DNA of 64,000 nt from an uncultured Planctomycetales bacterium (lineage in GTDB: Bacteria; Omnitrophota; Gorgyraeia; Zapsychrales; GWA2-47-8), in the NCBI GenBank assembly GCA_964364715.1, contig CAYING010000003.1:3764-67763 (forward strand), read 5' to 3'. Positions 55,754 to 64,000 of the stretch are shown in pieces. The translations under genes were made by a program, and so were the position numbers. Positions within the stretch are counted from its first letter, which is position 1, and every line of letters begins with the position of its first letter. The notes beneath the pieces were generated by a model. That model was not told the DNA's origin and did not search any database. It saw only the letters and a program-made list of their open reading frames with translations.

Positions 55754-58700
55754 TTATACTTTAACCAGTTCAACTTTGGTATCATAAAAACTAACACTCC
55801 CGCCAACTGGATCAAGTAGACAGGTATTGTTGCGCAGGCTTGGGTCGGTCCACATAGCGGCGTTGGCATGAATCCCTGTTGCCCGCCGAGGATCACCCTT
55901 AACCACTTGGCCGTCAACGGTAATATCTTCAGCGCCCGTGGCCCAATGCCCCCAGCCTAAAGCAAAACTGATCACTCCCGGCATCATAGTTTCAGTTAAT
56001 TTAACCTTTCCTATCATAAACTTCTTCCCGTGATTCTTAAGATCCCAAACACCTTCCATGTTTGTTTTGCTGACCACTTTCACTTCTTGGCCATCTTTGA
56101 TCCCCTTTCTGTCCGCGTCAATAGGGTTGATCAAAATATTATTTTCCGGCATAATCGGCTGCAGCCAATAGTTGCCGATGGTCCGGCTCTTGGTCGCCGT
56201 GACCGTACGATTCGTGATCATATGCAAGTCATATCCATTAGATAATTCTTCCAAAGTATTCCCTGCGTAATCTTTTTGAGGGATATATTTCGCGATCCCT
56301 GAGTATGATTTCCCTGTCCCTGCATATTTTGCACCGGCTGTTTTTTCCTGATAAAGATTTAATAATTTTCCATACCGATTTTTGAGGCGTTTACCGTCAA
56401 AACTTTTAGCGTGTTCTTCAAACTTACCGCCGCGATTCAACAGATAAATGACCTTCGGCCACATTTTTTCACCGACGATATTTTTCCATTTGACTTCATC
56501 AAAGACAGTCGCCGGCAAATGCCGTCTGGACTTTAAAAAGATTTCAATTTCTTTCTGACCCGCATCAGGGACAGCATCCGCCATCTCAGGTTTCTCACCG
56601 GCGGCAAAATTAGCCACGGCGCGTAAATAAAAGTCTTCCGGCCGGTTCAAGTCCAGGTTTTCCCCCAAGGCATTTTTGCCGAATGTCTTTAGCCCGAGCT
56701 TTTCACTTAAAGCCATAAGCGTTGACTCAAGACTGATCGGCACTTCTTCCCCGTAAACGTTGACCGCCTCAGGAATCGGCCCCACGACCGGCTGGCGGAT
56801 CGGCGCGACTTTGTGCGGCATATTAGGATGCGATCCCTGGAATTCCCATCGTTCCAGAAAAGTCAGATCCGGAAAAATATAATCCGCGTACATGCTGGTC
56901 GTCCCAACCGTAACATCACTCACAAAAAATAACGGCAGTTTATTCACATCCGAAAGGACATCTATATTGGTGTGTCCCGCCGGCAAAGCATAGACAGGCG
57001 TTCCTTTATATAAAAACAAGGCTTTCACCGCATAGGGATATGCTTCACCGATCGATGGCACAATTTCTTCATAAACATCGCTCGCCAAAGGATACCAATT
57101 TCTTTTGGCGGGATAACCTTCAAAGATAGTTGTTTCTTCATATTTTTTTTCATGCCTGATAATGCTAAGGCCGAATCCTTTTAATTTTCCCGGATAATCC
57201 GCAAGCTTAAATACTCCTCCTTTTGATCCGTCATAACTGTAGGTGCTGGGACTGCTCATACCGCCCTTCCAGTCGAAATTTCCTAAAAGCATATTAACGC
57301 TCATCCAGGCAAAGATATTATAAAAACCGTTCGTATGCTGGGCGGGGCCGCGATGGACATCGACTCCAGCTCTTTTTCCGTAACTGGTCAACTGTTTGAC
57401 TACATGAAGAGCATCATTACTATTTATCCCCGCGATGGCGCACCATTCATCAAAGGTGTGTTCATAAGCCGATTCCTTCAAGATCTGAAGTGAGGATTTA
57501 ACTTTAACAGTTTTGCCTGCTGGCCCCACAATTTCACTGTCAACAAACAGATCCCCCATAACCGCTTCTTTTTTATCATTAGGGTCAAACACCGCCGGCT
57601 TGCCGTCCTTCATCACAAGCATGAACTTTTCTACATACTCAATCGTCTTCTCTTTATCTTTGGGGTCAGGAATTGTTCTTTTATCCGCGACAGCCAGCGC
57701 GACATCGACGGCGCGCAGAAATTTGCCCGGCTTCCCGTCCTTGATCTCTACCAGCCACGTCGCGTTCGTGTAAGACGTTTCATTATTCTCTTTTGCCGCT
57801 GCCGCATTTGCTGACTTCAGGAACTTGGCATCATAACGTTTATTATCAATCATCCAGCGGATCATCGCCATGGCCAAAGCGGCGTCCTCTCCCGGCTTAA
57901 TCGGCAGCCAGGTTTCAGCTTTGCTGGCCAGTTTAGAATAGCGCGGATCAACGACCGCTATTTTGGTGCGTTTATTAACTAAATTTTCGCTCAAGCGGAC
58001 CGTCCTATTCGTAGGGCCATAATTGGCTTCAAACAAATTAGCCCCCACAAAAAGAATATAACGGGCATTTTCGGTATCGGCCTGCCAATAGAATTTCTTC
58101 CCTTCGGAAAATTTACCCGCGATATATTGTTCGCTGATCGCCTTACAAGTGAAATAAAGCGATCCCTGGCAGACAGTTGTGTGGCCATGCAAATTGATCG
58201 TTCCGTAACCAGCGCCGAATTTCGAAATGAAATCCTTCCGCCCATCCTTCAGACGTCCCCAGGCCATAACAAACTGATTATTTTTTAAACCAAGATCAGG
58301 ATGATTAGGATCGATAAGATAATTTAAGCTATCTTTATGTTTGTTTTTGAATTCTTCAACAAGGGCTTTCTGTTTGTCCTTGTCTTTTTCCTTGAGAATA
58401 CCGTCAACATCATGGGACATTTCTTTGGCAATGTTGTTATCCTCGAGAGCTCTTATAGAGCGGAGGCCTTCAACCTCGCGGCTTTCCTCACCCGAAACGT
58501 TAGTGAACAACCGGCCGCCCTCGACGATTTCTTCGATCGCTTTATCAAAGGGTATCGTAACCCATTTGTTTTCGCCTCTTTTTCCCGCTCTTTTTAAAAC
58601 CATTTTTAAACGGTACGGATCATAGACCGTTTGAATCCCCGCCTGCCCTTTGGGACATAGCCCCCCATCTATTCTTGCGGCATCTTCGAGGGAAACTGTC

Positions 58701-59011
58701 ATGGGAAGATGAGGCACCAGTGTCCACGGGCTATACCCGTTCCCGTCGATCTTTCTTAAAAGACCATCTTTGATCTTACACTTGATCCCGCAACCCGTAT
58801 TACAATTCAAACAAGTTGAATAGATGATATTTTCAGGATCATTAAGGTCATAGGGAGAATCCGGCCGTTTGCTTTGAAGGATTTTTTGTTGTACTTCTTC
58901 AGCCGCGGCATCTCCGGCCAGCGCGCTCATGAGAAGTCCGCTGCCTAAGAAAGCGGTGTGTTCCAAAAATCTTTTACGGGAAATGCCTGTTTTCTCATTA
59001 TTCTCATTCAT
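55754..59011 (-). CDS. Molybdopterin (bis-MGD) oxidoreductase catalytic subunit, 1085 aa, Tat-exported; substrate unknown (TtrA-like size class)
   Basis: Tat-type signal ISRKRFLEHTAFLGSGLLMSALAG. N-terminal 4Fe-4S motif CLNCNTGCGIKC. Long MopB-type body. Confidence 0.85.
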   Translation of the reverse strand: MNENNEKTGISRKRFLEHTAFLGSGLLMSALAGDAAAEEVQQKILQSKRPDSPYDLNDPENIIYSTCLNCNTGCGIKCKIKDGLLRKIDGNGYSPWTLVPHLPMTVSLEDAARIDGGLCPKGQAGIQTVYDPYRLKMVLKRAGKRGENKWVTIPFDKAIEEIVEGGRLFTNVSGEESREVEGLRSIRALEDNNIAKEMSHDVDGILKEKDKDKQKALVEEFKNKHKDSLNYLIDPNHPDLGLKNNQFVMAWGRLKDGRKDFISKFGAGYGTINLHGHTTVCQGSLYFTCKAISEQYIAGKFSEGKKFYWQADTENARYILFVGANLFEANYGPTNRTVRLSENLVNKRTKIAVVDPRYSKLASKAETWLPIKPGEDAALAMAMIRWMIDNKRYDAKFLKSANAAAAKENNETSYTNATWLVEIKDGKPGKFLRAVDVALAVADKRTIPDPKDKEKTIEYVEKFMLVMKDGKPAVFDPNDKKEAVMGDLFVDSEIVGPAGKTVKVKSSLQILKESAYEHTFDEWCAIAGINSNDALHVVKQLTSYGKRAGVDVHRGPAQHTNGFYNIFAWMSVNMLLGNFDWKGGMSSPSTYSYDGSKGGVFKLADYPGKLKGFGLSIIRHEKKYEETTIFEGYPAKRNWYPLASDVYEEIVPSIGEAYPYAVKALFLYKGTPVYALPAGHTNIDVLSDVNKLPLFFVSDVTVGTTSMYADYIFPDLTFLERWEFQGSHPNMPHKVAPIRQPVVGPIPEAVNVYGEEVPISLESTLMALSEKLGLKTFGKNALGENLDLNRPEDFYLRAVANFAAGEKPEMADAVPDAGQKEIEIFLKSRRHLPATVFDEVKWKNIVGEKMWPKVIYLLNRGGKFEEHAKSFDGKRLKNRYGKLLNLYQEKTAGAKYAGTGKSYSGIAKYIPQKDYAGNTLEELSNGYDLHMITNRTVTATKSRTIGNYWLQPIMPENNILINPIDADRKGIKDGQEVKVVSKTNMEGVWDLKNHGKKFMIGKVKLTETMMPGVISFALGWGHWATGAEDITVDGQVVKGDPRRATGIHANAAMWTDPSLRNNTCLLDPVGGSVSFYDTKVELVKV

Positions 59012-59087
59012 ATTATTTTAGCCTCCTTGGCTTGCGATAACGCGACTCTTTTTTTATATTCAATATATCGGCCTTGCGCAAGGCTTT

Positions 59088-59972
59088 TCATACAAGATAT
59101 GTTACTTGCGGTTTTGTCCCTTTTTCTTCAAGCAATTTAAGCTGATTGATTTCACGGCTTTTTTGAGCAACTAAACTATTCGAATCATTGGCATCGCCAA
59201 AATAATTTGCTCGCGCGATACAGGTTGTCACACACTGGGGCAGCTCCCCTTTTTCCAAACGATGTACACAAAAATGACATTTGCGGGCATTCCCGACAGG
59301 AGAGCCTTGCTTATTGCGATCCCATGATTTACCGTATTCATTATTCGATTGAATTTCATAAGGCTGTTTTTGCGGCGTATTATCCGTGTAATTCTGTCCT
59401 TCATCATAGGTTCGAGCGCCGTAAGGACAAGCTTCAATACAAAGTTTGCACCCGATACATGTATCATAATCAATGACAACAACCCCATCCGGTCGTTTCC
59501 ACGTCGCGTCAGCCGGGCAAACAGGAACACAAACAGGATTGTCACAGTGCATGCAAGGACGAGGGAAAAATTTCAATTGGACGTTGGGAAAAGTGCCGGA
59601 CTCTTCTAGAACTACCGGACGGTAAACGACCCCGGGGGGAAGTTTATTCTCTGATATACAAGCTACGGTGCACGCGTGACAGCCAACGCATTTGCGGGTA
59701 TCAATAATCATCTTCCATTTTCGTTGTTCAATGGGCTTGGCCATGGCCTTGCGCAATTCTTTCTGCATGCGGATTAAAGGATCGACCCGATTTCCTTTGA
59801 CAGTTAAAAATTTCGGTATCTCACGGATAGTCTGATCGCCGGTCAAGTCATGAATAGCTGTTTCTGAGTGTGCTTTATCCGAAACAACGGCCGAGATGGC
59901 GAGCCCAGAGACAGTCAATGCAGCGCCTTTAATAAAATCTTTTCTGGATATCGTATCTTTTTCTTCTTCCAT
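59088..59972 (-). CDS. 4Fe-4S ferredoxin-type electron-transfer subunit (four-cluster, PsrB/TtrB-like), Tat-exported
   Basis: Signal [23 protein letters not shown]. Four Cys clusters ([57 protein letters not shown]). Confidence 0.85.
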   Translation of the reverse strand: MEEEKDTISRKDFIKGAALTVSGLAISAVVSDKAHSETAIHDLTGDQTIREIPKFLTVKGNRVDPLIRMQKELRKAMAKPIEQRKWKMIIDTRKCVGCHACTVACISENKLPPGVVYRPVVLEESGTFPNVQLKFFPRPCMHCDNPVCVPVCPADATWKRPDGVVVIDYDTCIGCKLCIEACPYGARTYDEGQNYTDNTPQKQPYEIQSNNEYGKSWDRNKQGSPVGNARKCHFCVHRLEKGELPQCVTTCIARANYFGDANDSNSLVAQKSREINQLKLLEEKGTKPQVTYLV

Positions 59973-60567
59973 ACATCCCTCCGCTTATTTTTTCTTGCTT
60001 AAATGTTTCTTCGCCCAAGAATACACGGCCACGGTTGAAGGGAAACCGATCGTCCCCGCTGCCCATTTTCATATACTTCTGTATCAAACGGAATAACTCC
60101 TTTTTTTCAACAAACTTAAGTCTTTGATCAAGAACCTTGTAAATGCCCTCAATTTCTGCCTGCATATGATTTCTCACAATGCAAACAACATAGATGCCTT
60201 TCTCGCGCATTTTTTCTAAAAGCATATAATTTGCAACACCCGTTTTATGCTGAATAAATTCCTGAAACAGAACTTCAAAGGACTCCAATTGCGCGATGAA
60301 TTCATTACGTTCAGCTTTCAAGAAATTGATCATAGGTTCGAGGATCGGGATGTTGTTGCTGGCGAAGGGAAAAATGACTTGATCATCAAGATTCATGTGA
60401 TTCGCTAATATCGGTTTTAATTGCTGAACTGTTTCATTAATGATTCTCATATTTTTCGAAAAAGACATTTTGCCTTCGTAATGAAGGTTTTGTATCGAAT
60501 CATAAAGCAGGTCAAATTTTTCAAGGACAAGATTTTTTTCCTCCTCAAAGGACCTGAGAATATACAT
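59929..60567 (-). CDS. Hemerythrin-like (HHE) domain protein, paralog 2, with C-terminal extension overlapping the FeS-subunit gene
   Basis: Homologous to 25250..25771 (shared GIY.VC.VRNH.Q.E). ATG at 60567 is preceded by AGGAG. The track's TTG-start extension is rejected. Its 3' end overlaps the start of the 59088..59972 gene by 44 nt. Confidence 0.5.
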   Translation of the reverse strand: MYILRSFEEEKNLVLEKFDLLYDSIQNLHYEGKMSFSKNMRIINETVQQLKPILANHMNLDDQVIFPFASNNIPILEPMINFLKAERNEFIAQLESFEVLFQEFIQHKTGVANYMLLEKMREKGIYVVCIVRNHMQAEIEGIYKVLDQRLKFVEKKELFRLIQKYMKMGSGDDRFPFNRGRVFLGEETFKQEKISGGMYGRRKRYDIQKRFY

Positions 60568-60628
60568 TTGCGCACTCCTTATTATGTTTAATTTTTGGTA
60601 ATCATATAATAAAAAGCGTCCTAAAGTC

Positions 60629-60644
60629 TGTATCTGGAGATACA
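60629..60644. promoter_or_regulatory. Palindrome TGTATC-N4-GATACA upstream of hemerythrin-like paralog 2 (candidate operator of the adjacent Crp/Fnr paralog)
   Basis: tgtatctggagataca. Same 6-4-6 architecture as the TGTGAC-N4-GTCACA site at 25815, but with different half-site bases. Confidence 0.45.
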
Positions 60645-60717
60645 AAATAGAAAAAAAATAAATGGTATCTTTAATGTACTCTATTGATACATATAAACTT
60701 GCGGATGAGGAGATGGA

Positions 60718-61419
60718 TTAAAGAAGCGCTTCTTGGAGGCTGTCTTTATCCAGGATAGTAATCTGCTGGGCTTGGTAGGATATCAGTTTTAGCTCTTGTA
60801 ATTGGCGAAGATGCCGGGCGACTGTCACCCGTACGAGACCCAATCGTTGCGCAACTTCTTCTTGAGTCATCGTCACGCAGATGCAGTTTTCTCTCCCACA
60901 TTGACACTCTTGGCGATTTGCCATCTCCAATATAAATTTAATCAGGCGTTTGCGGGGGGCATCCAGGGAAACTTTTTCAATTAGGGAACTAAACCGGCAC
61001 AGCCTCTCGGCAAAAATGCGGTTTAAGGTATGCGCCATGCGGGAATTACTTTTAACCATCTGAACATAGTTGAAGCGGGATAGAATCCAAACCGAACAAT
61101 CGGTTAATGCCTGGGCCGAGGCTGAGCATGACCAATGGACTTGTCCGGGATTGCAGGCGCAGGTATCTCCCGGCCCTAAAACCTCCAAAATTTGTTCACG
61201 GCCCGCGGAGGAAAGGCGGAATATTTTAATACGGCCTGACTGAACGATAAAAACCCGTTCGCACGCCATCCCTTCAGAAAAAAGGATTTCTCCTTTTTTA
61301 AATGCGGTTTCCTTTAAACATTTTCCTGTAACATTGCGTTCCTGCAAAGAAAGGTCTTGAAAAATGGAAATGTCTTTTAATTGAATCGTCTTGTTATCGG
61401 CTGAATTCATAATGAACAT
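60718..61419 (-). CDS. Crp/Fnr-family transcriptional regulator with internal Cys cluster, paralog 2
   Basis: GDTCACNPGQVHWSCSASAQALTDC. HTH EVAQRLGLVRVTVARHLRQL. Confidence 0.85.
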   Translation of the reverse strand: MFIMNSADNKTIQLKDISIFQDLSLQERNVTGKCLKETAFKKGEILFSEGMACERVFIVQSGRIKIFRLSSAGREQILEVLGPGDTCACNPGQVHWSCSASAQALTDCSVWILSRFNYVQMVKSNSRMAHTLNRIFAERLCRFSSLIEKVSLDAPRKRLIKFILEMANRQECQCGRENCICVTMTQEEVAQRLGLVRVTVARHLRQLQELKLISYQAQQITILDKDSLQEALL

Positions 61420-61468
61420 CGCGATTCATAGAAATGCCTTCTTTAACGTAATTCTATCATAACAATAA

Positions 61469-61672
61469 TTATGTTATATTTTTTGGCGTCGAATCTTTAT
61501 TTTTATCTTCTTTAGTTTCGGAGACGTCATCATGCATGCTTCTTAAAGCGTTCTTGAATTCTTTGATGCCTTTCCCCAGCCCCTTGGCGATTTCCGGCAG
61601 ATTTTTGGCACCGAACAAAAGAAAGATTATCAAAAATATAACAACTAACTCTTGCATCCCTAAGCCAAACAT
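61469..61672 (-). CDS. tatA: Twin-arginine translocase subunit TatA/E, copy 2
   Basis: MFGLGMQELVVIFLIIFLLFGAKNLPEIAKGLGKGIKEFK. About 85 percent identical to copy 1, including at the DNA level. Confidence 0.85.
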   Translation of the reverse strand: MFGLGMQELVVIFLIIFLLFGAKNLPEIAKGLGKGIKEFKNALRSMHDDVSETKEDKNKDSTPKNIT

Positions 61673-61684
61673 ACGGCACCTCCT

Positions 61685-62074
61685 TTAAATGAGCACCTGT
61701 GTTACGCTTTTATAAATCATTTTTATTGCCGGCCGGTCATTAACGGTCCGGCAGGCCGTCACACACTTGGCGCATCCATCACAGAATAAAATATTAACAA
61801 TCGGTTTCTGGTCGTCCAAAGTAATAGCCTTATCTCGCAAAGGACATACAACATAACAAAACTGGCAATTTCCTCCACCCCAGGCAAGGCAATGTTCTGA
61901 CTCTAACTGTACCACTTTGGCCTTGATATGTGTCGAATTTTCTTCTGATGTTTCTGACACACTGTCATTTGATAAATTCAATCGCCCCTGGAGAAGTGAA
62001 CGCGCATTTTGAACCACATATCTAGGGATAAATTTCAAGAATTCTTGCCGGCTGACTTCCTTTGAATTTTCCAT
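61685..62074 (-). CDS. 2x[4Fe-4S] ferredoxin-like protein with vestigial Tat-like motif (NapF-like maturation ferredoxin candidate)
   Basis: Cys motifs CLAWGGGNCQFCYVVCP and CDGCAKCVTAC. N-terminal SRQEFLKF is not followed by a hydrophobic h-region. Confidence 0.55.
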   Translation of the reverse strand: MENSKEVSRQEFLKFIPRYVVQNARSLLQGRLNLSNDSVSETSEENSTHIKAKVVQLESEHCLAWGGGNCQFCYVVCPLRDKAITLDDQKPIVNILFCDGCAKCVTACRTVNDRPAIKMIYKSVTQVLI

Positions 62075-62080
62075 CTTCGT

Positions 62081-62995
62081 TTAAACCTTTGCTTTTGTTT
62101 TTAAATCATAAAGGTCGAAACACTGCGGACAAATCCCCCGCTTCGGTTCCCAACGCGGATAATCCTTTTTAATCTCATTAACGACCGGAAGTGCCGCTGC
62201 GTCCCAATGCTCAACAGGATCAAAACTTGTAAAATCACACAGCGGACAACGCAATCCTCCTTCGCCTAGAACTTTTATACTTCGCGGGTCCCCCGCCCAA
62301 TTCAGCAGATCGATCTGCAGGAGGCTTTCACAGCCCTGAATCTTGCAAAGTATCGGCTCGCGTTCCGATGATGCCAAAAAGAAGAATTTTTTTTCGAATT
62401 CTTCCTTTTGCTCTTCATAGGACTTAAGGGTTTTAAAACCCCTGCCCCTTAAGCGGGCATCAATATAAAAATCCCACAATAAGCGGAAACGTTCACGGAT
62501 CAGGTTGTTTTCGATCTCATTCTTGCCGCCGAGCACCGGATGAGGAGAATATTGAAAATTAAAGCTAAGCATATCCGAAATCCGCGTCAGCTCGTGCCGT
62601 AAAAATGATTCAAGGAAAGTTAAATCCAGCATCCGGCGCGCCAAAATCCCCAGATAAACCGTTTTTTGGCGCGGCTGGACATAAAGCTCAGCCTCTTCAT
62701 GTTTCTTATCCCAAACTCTTTTAACAACGACCCTGATCTCCGGCTTATGAAGTTGTGAAAAATCTTTGCAGATGTTATTTAAAAAATCCTGCAGCCCAAG
62801 GATTAGAAAATATTTTTCATAGAGCAATTTAAACGCGCCCTCACGCTCATCGCTAGAGACAGCCTTCTGATAAATTTCCTCTTTCTCGTTACAAAAATTC
62901 CTATAAAGTTTGTCGCCCTGTTTAGTTCTCATCAACAAAAAAACAGCTTCTTCAACAAACGTCGGATCAAAATCGATTTGCAGAGAATTATTCAT
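62081..62995 (-). CDS. Hypothetical protein with C-terminal zinc-ribbon motifs
   Basis: CKIQGC…CPLC…CPQC near the C-terminus. No known domain recognised. Confidence 0.5.
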   Translation of the reverse strand: MNNSLQIDFDPTFVEEAVFLLMRTKQGDKLYRNFCNEKEEIYQKAVSSDEREGAFKLLYEKYFLILGLQDFLNNICKDFSQLHKPEIRVVVKRVWDKKHEEAELYVQPRQKTVYLGILARRMLDLTFLESFLRHELTRISDMLSFNFQYSPHPVLGGKNEIENNLIRERFRLLWDFYIDARLRGRGFKTLKSYEEQKEEFEKKFFFLASSEREPILCKIQGCESLLQIDLLNWAGDPRSIKVLGEGGLRCPLCDFTSFDPVEHWDAAALPVVNEIKKDYPRWEPKRGICPQCFDLYDLKTKAKV

Positions 62996-63004
62996 CGGAA
63001 TGCC

Positions 63005-63772
63005 TTATCGGGGAGTTGCCGGCCGCAGAGAACAATTTACACAGCCGCTGTCTTCTTTTTCCTGGACAGGACGAATAGGGAGACTTTCGGGTCCGGCCGG
63101 CACCCCCAGCCATTCACAGTCCTGCACAATATACAAAAAAGTAAAATCCGCCAGATCTTTTAAAAAACCTTGGCTGGCATACCGGCCAAGTTTTAACGCA
63201 AAGGAAGGAGCCCATCGGCCCAAATGCTCCCTAAGAAAACGCGTTGAAGCTTCACGGCATATCGCGGCATTCTCTATTTCCGTATTGGATAAGGCATAGA
63301 CTTCTTTGAAAAGCAAGTAATGCATAAATTCACATTCAATAGCGATATGATCAACGCGCTCGAAATTGTCCCCTCTTACCTTTAAGCCAAAAGCATTATA
63401 GAAGGAGGAAATATCGCTCAGCTGCTGCGGCTCACGATGCGTATGTTCTTCGCCGTATTCAAGCTCATAACAAGGGACCGGGCCGTTTGCGGTATACCCA
63501 AAACAATCTTCATATTGTCTGACCCGATCTTTATAGGCTGTCTGGTTTAGTTTTTCTGACAGTTCCTTCAGGCGCCTGATCAGCTGTTCTTTATTCTTGA
63601 GGGGGAGCGCCTCGGCGATCTCATCCCACGGCAGGCCCATATTCTCCTTTTCAAGATCTGCTCTATTTACATTTGGCCGACGGAAAGAATACGCGATGAA
63701 ACGATAGATATGACTTCGAACCATAAGAGAACTGATCTCAGATGGAGTTTTGGTGTTTGTCTGGCCTGACAT
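63005..63772 (-). CDS. NarJ/TorD/DmsD-family molybdoenzyme-specific chaperone (redox enzyme maturation protein)
   Basis: Family segment DHIAIECEFMHYLLFKE. All-helical composition. Start placed at an internal Met; the upstream extension overlaps another ORF. Confidence 0.6.
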   Translation of the reverse strand: MSGQTNTKTPSEISSLMVRSHIYRFIAYSFRRPNVNRADLEKENMGLPWDEIAEALPLKNKEQLIRRLKELSEKLNQTAYKDRVRQYEDCFGYTANGPVPCYELEYGEEHTHREPQQLSDISSFYNAFGLKVRGDNFERVDHIAIECEFMHYLLFKEVYALSNTEIENAAICREASTRFLREHLGRWAPSFALKLGRYASQGFLKDLADFTFLYIVQDCEWLGVPAGPESLPIRPVQEKEDSGCVNCSLRPATPR

Positions 63773-63977
63773 AAAACGGCTCCTCGACTTGTGTCCGGAA
63801 AATTTCTCCTCCGGCTTTATTGTAAGCAATAATCGTATCGTTATATAACGTAAACGGTTTGCCATGAATCTGTGTTTCAAAAACTTTCGGCCCTTCTTGA
63901 ATCTCATAGCGGAATATGATCTGGTTCGATCGGCGGAACATCTGCAGGACCGCTAAAAGTTCGCGGTCAGGGACCAT
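63738..63977 (-). CDS. Hypothetical ORF at the window edge (may extend beyond the window)
   Basis: 79 codons with no recognisable motif. Very close to the window end. Confidence 0.3.
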   Translation of the reverse strand: MVPDRELLAVLQMFRRSNQIIFRYEIQEGPKVFETQIHGKPFTLYNDTIIAYNKAGGEIFRTQVEEPFYVRPDKHQNSI

Positions 63978-64000
63978 ATAGGATTCAATGGCCTGATCGA

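Overview
This 64 kb window is almost entirely minus-strand coding; the only convincing plus-strand gene is the LysM/amidase at 50253..50978. No rRNA, tRNA, CRISPR array or transposase/integrase was recognised. The content suggests an anaerobic bacterium rich in multiheme cytochromes, though the lineage cannot be assigned from sequence alone.

Main blocks, in window order:
- 1-6.6 kb: a cell-envelope glycosylation-like cluster. It holds an edge-truncated polytopic membrane protein that is missing from the supplied ORF track, a methyltransferase::GT2 fusion, a second methyltransferase and a 903-aa glycoside-hydrolase-like protein.
- 6.6-8.4 kb: HAD hydrolase, GIY-YIG nuclease and msrA.
- 8.5-25.8 kb: a very large respiratory operon. 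It is led by a Crp/Fnr regulator, a hemerythrin-like protein and hemA. It then encodes a periplasmic heptaheme cytochrome plus a ~680-aa outer-membrane beta-barrel (a porin-cytochrome candidate). Two complete system-II cytochrome c maturation pairs (ccsBA) flank the core. The core is a Rieske / cytochrome b complex in which a 9-heme membrane-anchored cytochrome takes the place of cytochrome c1, followed by a tetraheme cytochrome, an octaheme hydroxylamine-oxidoreductase-like (HAO-like) cytochrome and a 7-heme NapC/NrfH-like quinol dehydrogenase.
- 26.6-33.1 kb: pyruvate:ferredoxin oxidoreductase (PFOR) with a dihydroorotate-dehydrogenase-like flavoprotein, a DEAD-box helicase, and cspA with a long structured 5' UTR.
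- 33.3-39.5 kb: three giant polytopic membrane proteins (a TMTC-like TPR protein, a spermidine-synthase-like fusion and a DUF2079-like protein).
- 39.6-49.7 kb: a mixed region holding a pyruvate-kinase-like protein translationally coupled to a PilZ protein, ssb, radC, an AAE-family transporter, an AT-rich secreted protein, TauE and an LpxL-like acyltransferase. It is peppered with a family of ~100-bp hairpin-containing repeats.
- 51.1-63.9 kb: a molybdoenzyme island. A 1085-aa bis-MGD catalytic subunit and an upstream 4Fe-4S subunit both carry S-R-K Tat signal variants. The island also encodes two tatA genes, tatC, moaA, a MOSC protein, a NarJ/TorD-type chaperone, a NapF-like ferredoxin, two outer-membrane barrels, and a second Crp/Fnr + hemerythrin-like pair.

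Noteworthy non-coding structure:
- A MITE-like repeat family with five copies. Each copy sits immediately 5' of a minus-strand gene, and the repeat supplies an RBS-like GGAAAATTGGG stretch; in four of five copies this directly abuts an ATG.
- GC-rich nested hairpin repeats.
- Two distinct palindromic Crp/Fnr-type operators.
- An orphan promoter-terminator unit that looks like an sRNA or micropeptide gene.
- A tandem 12-bp repeat array between divergent promoters.
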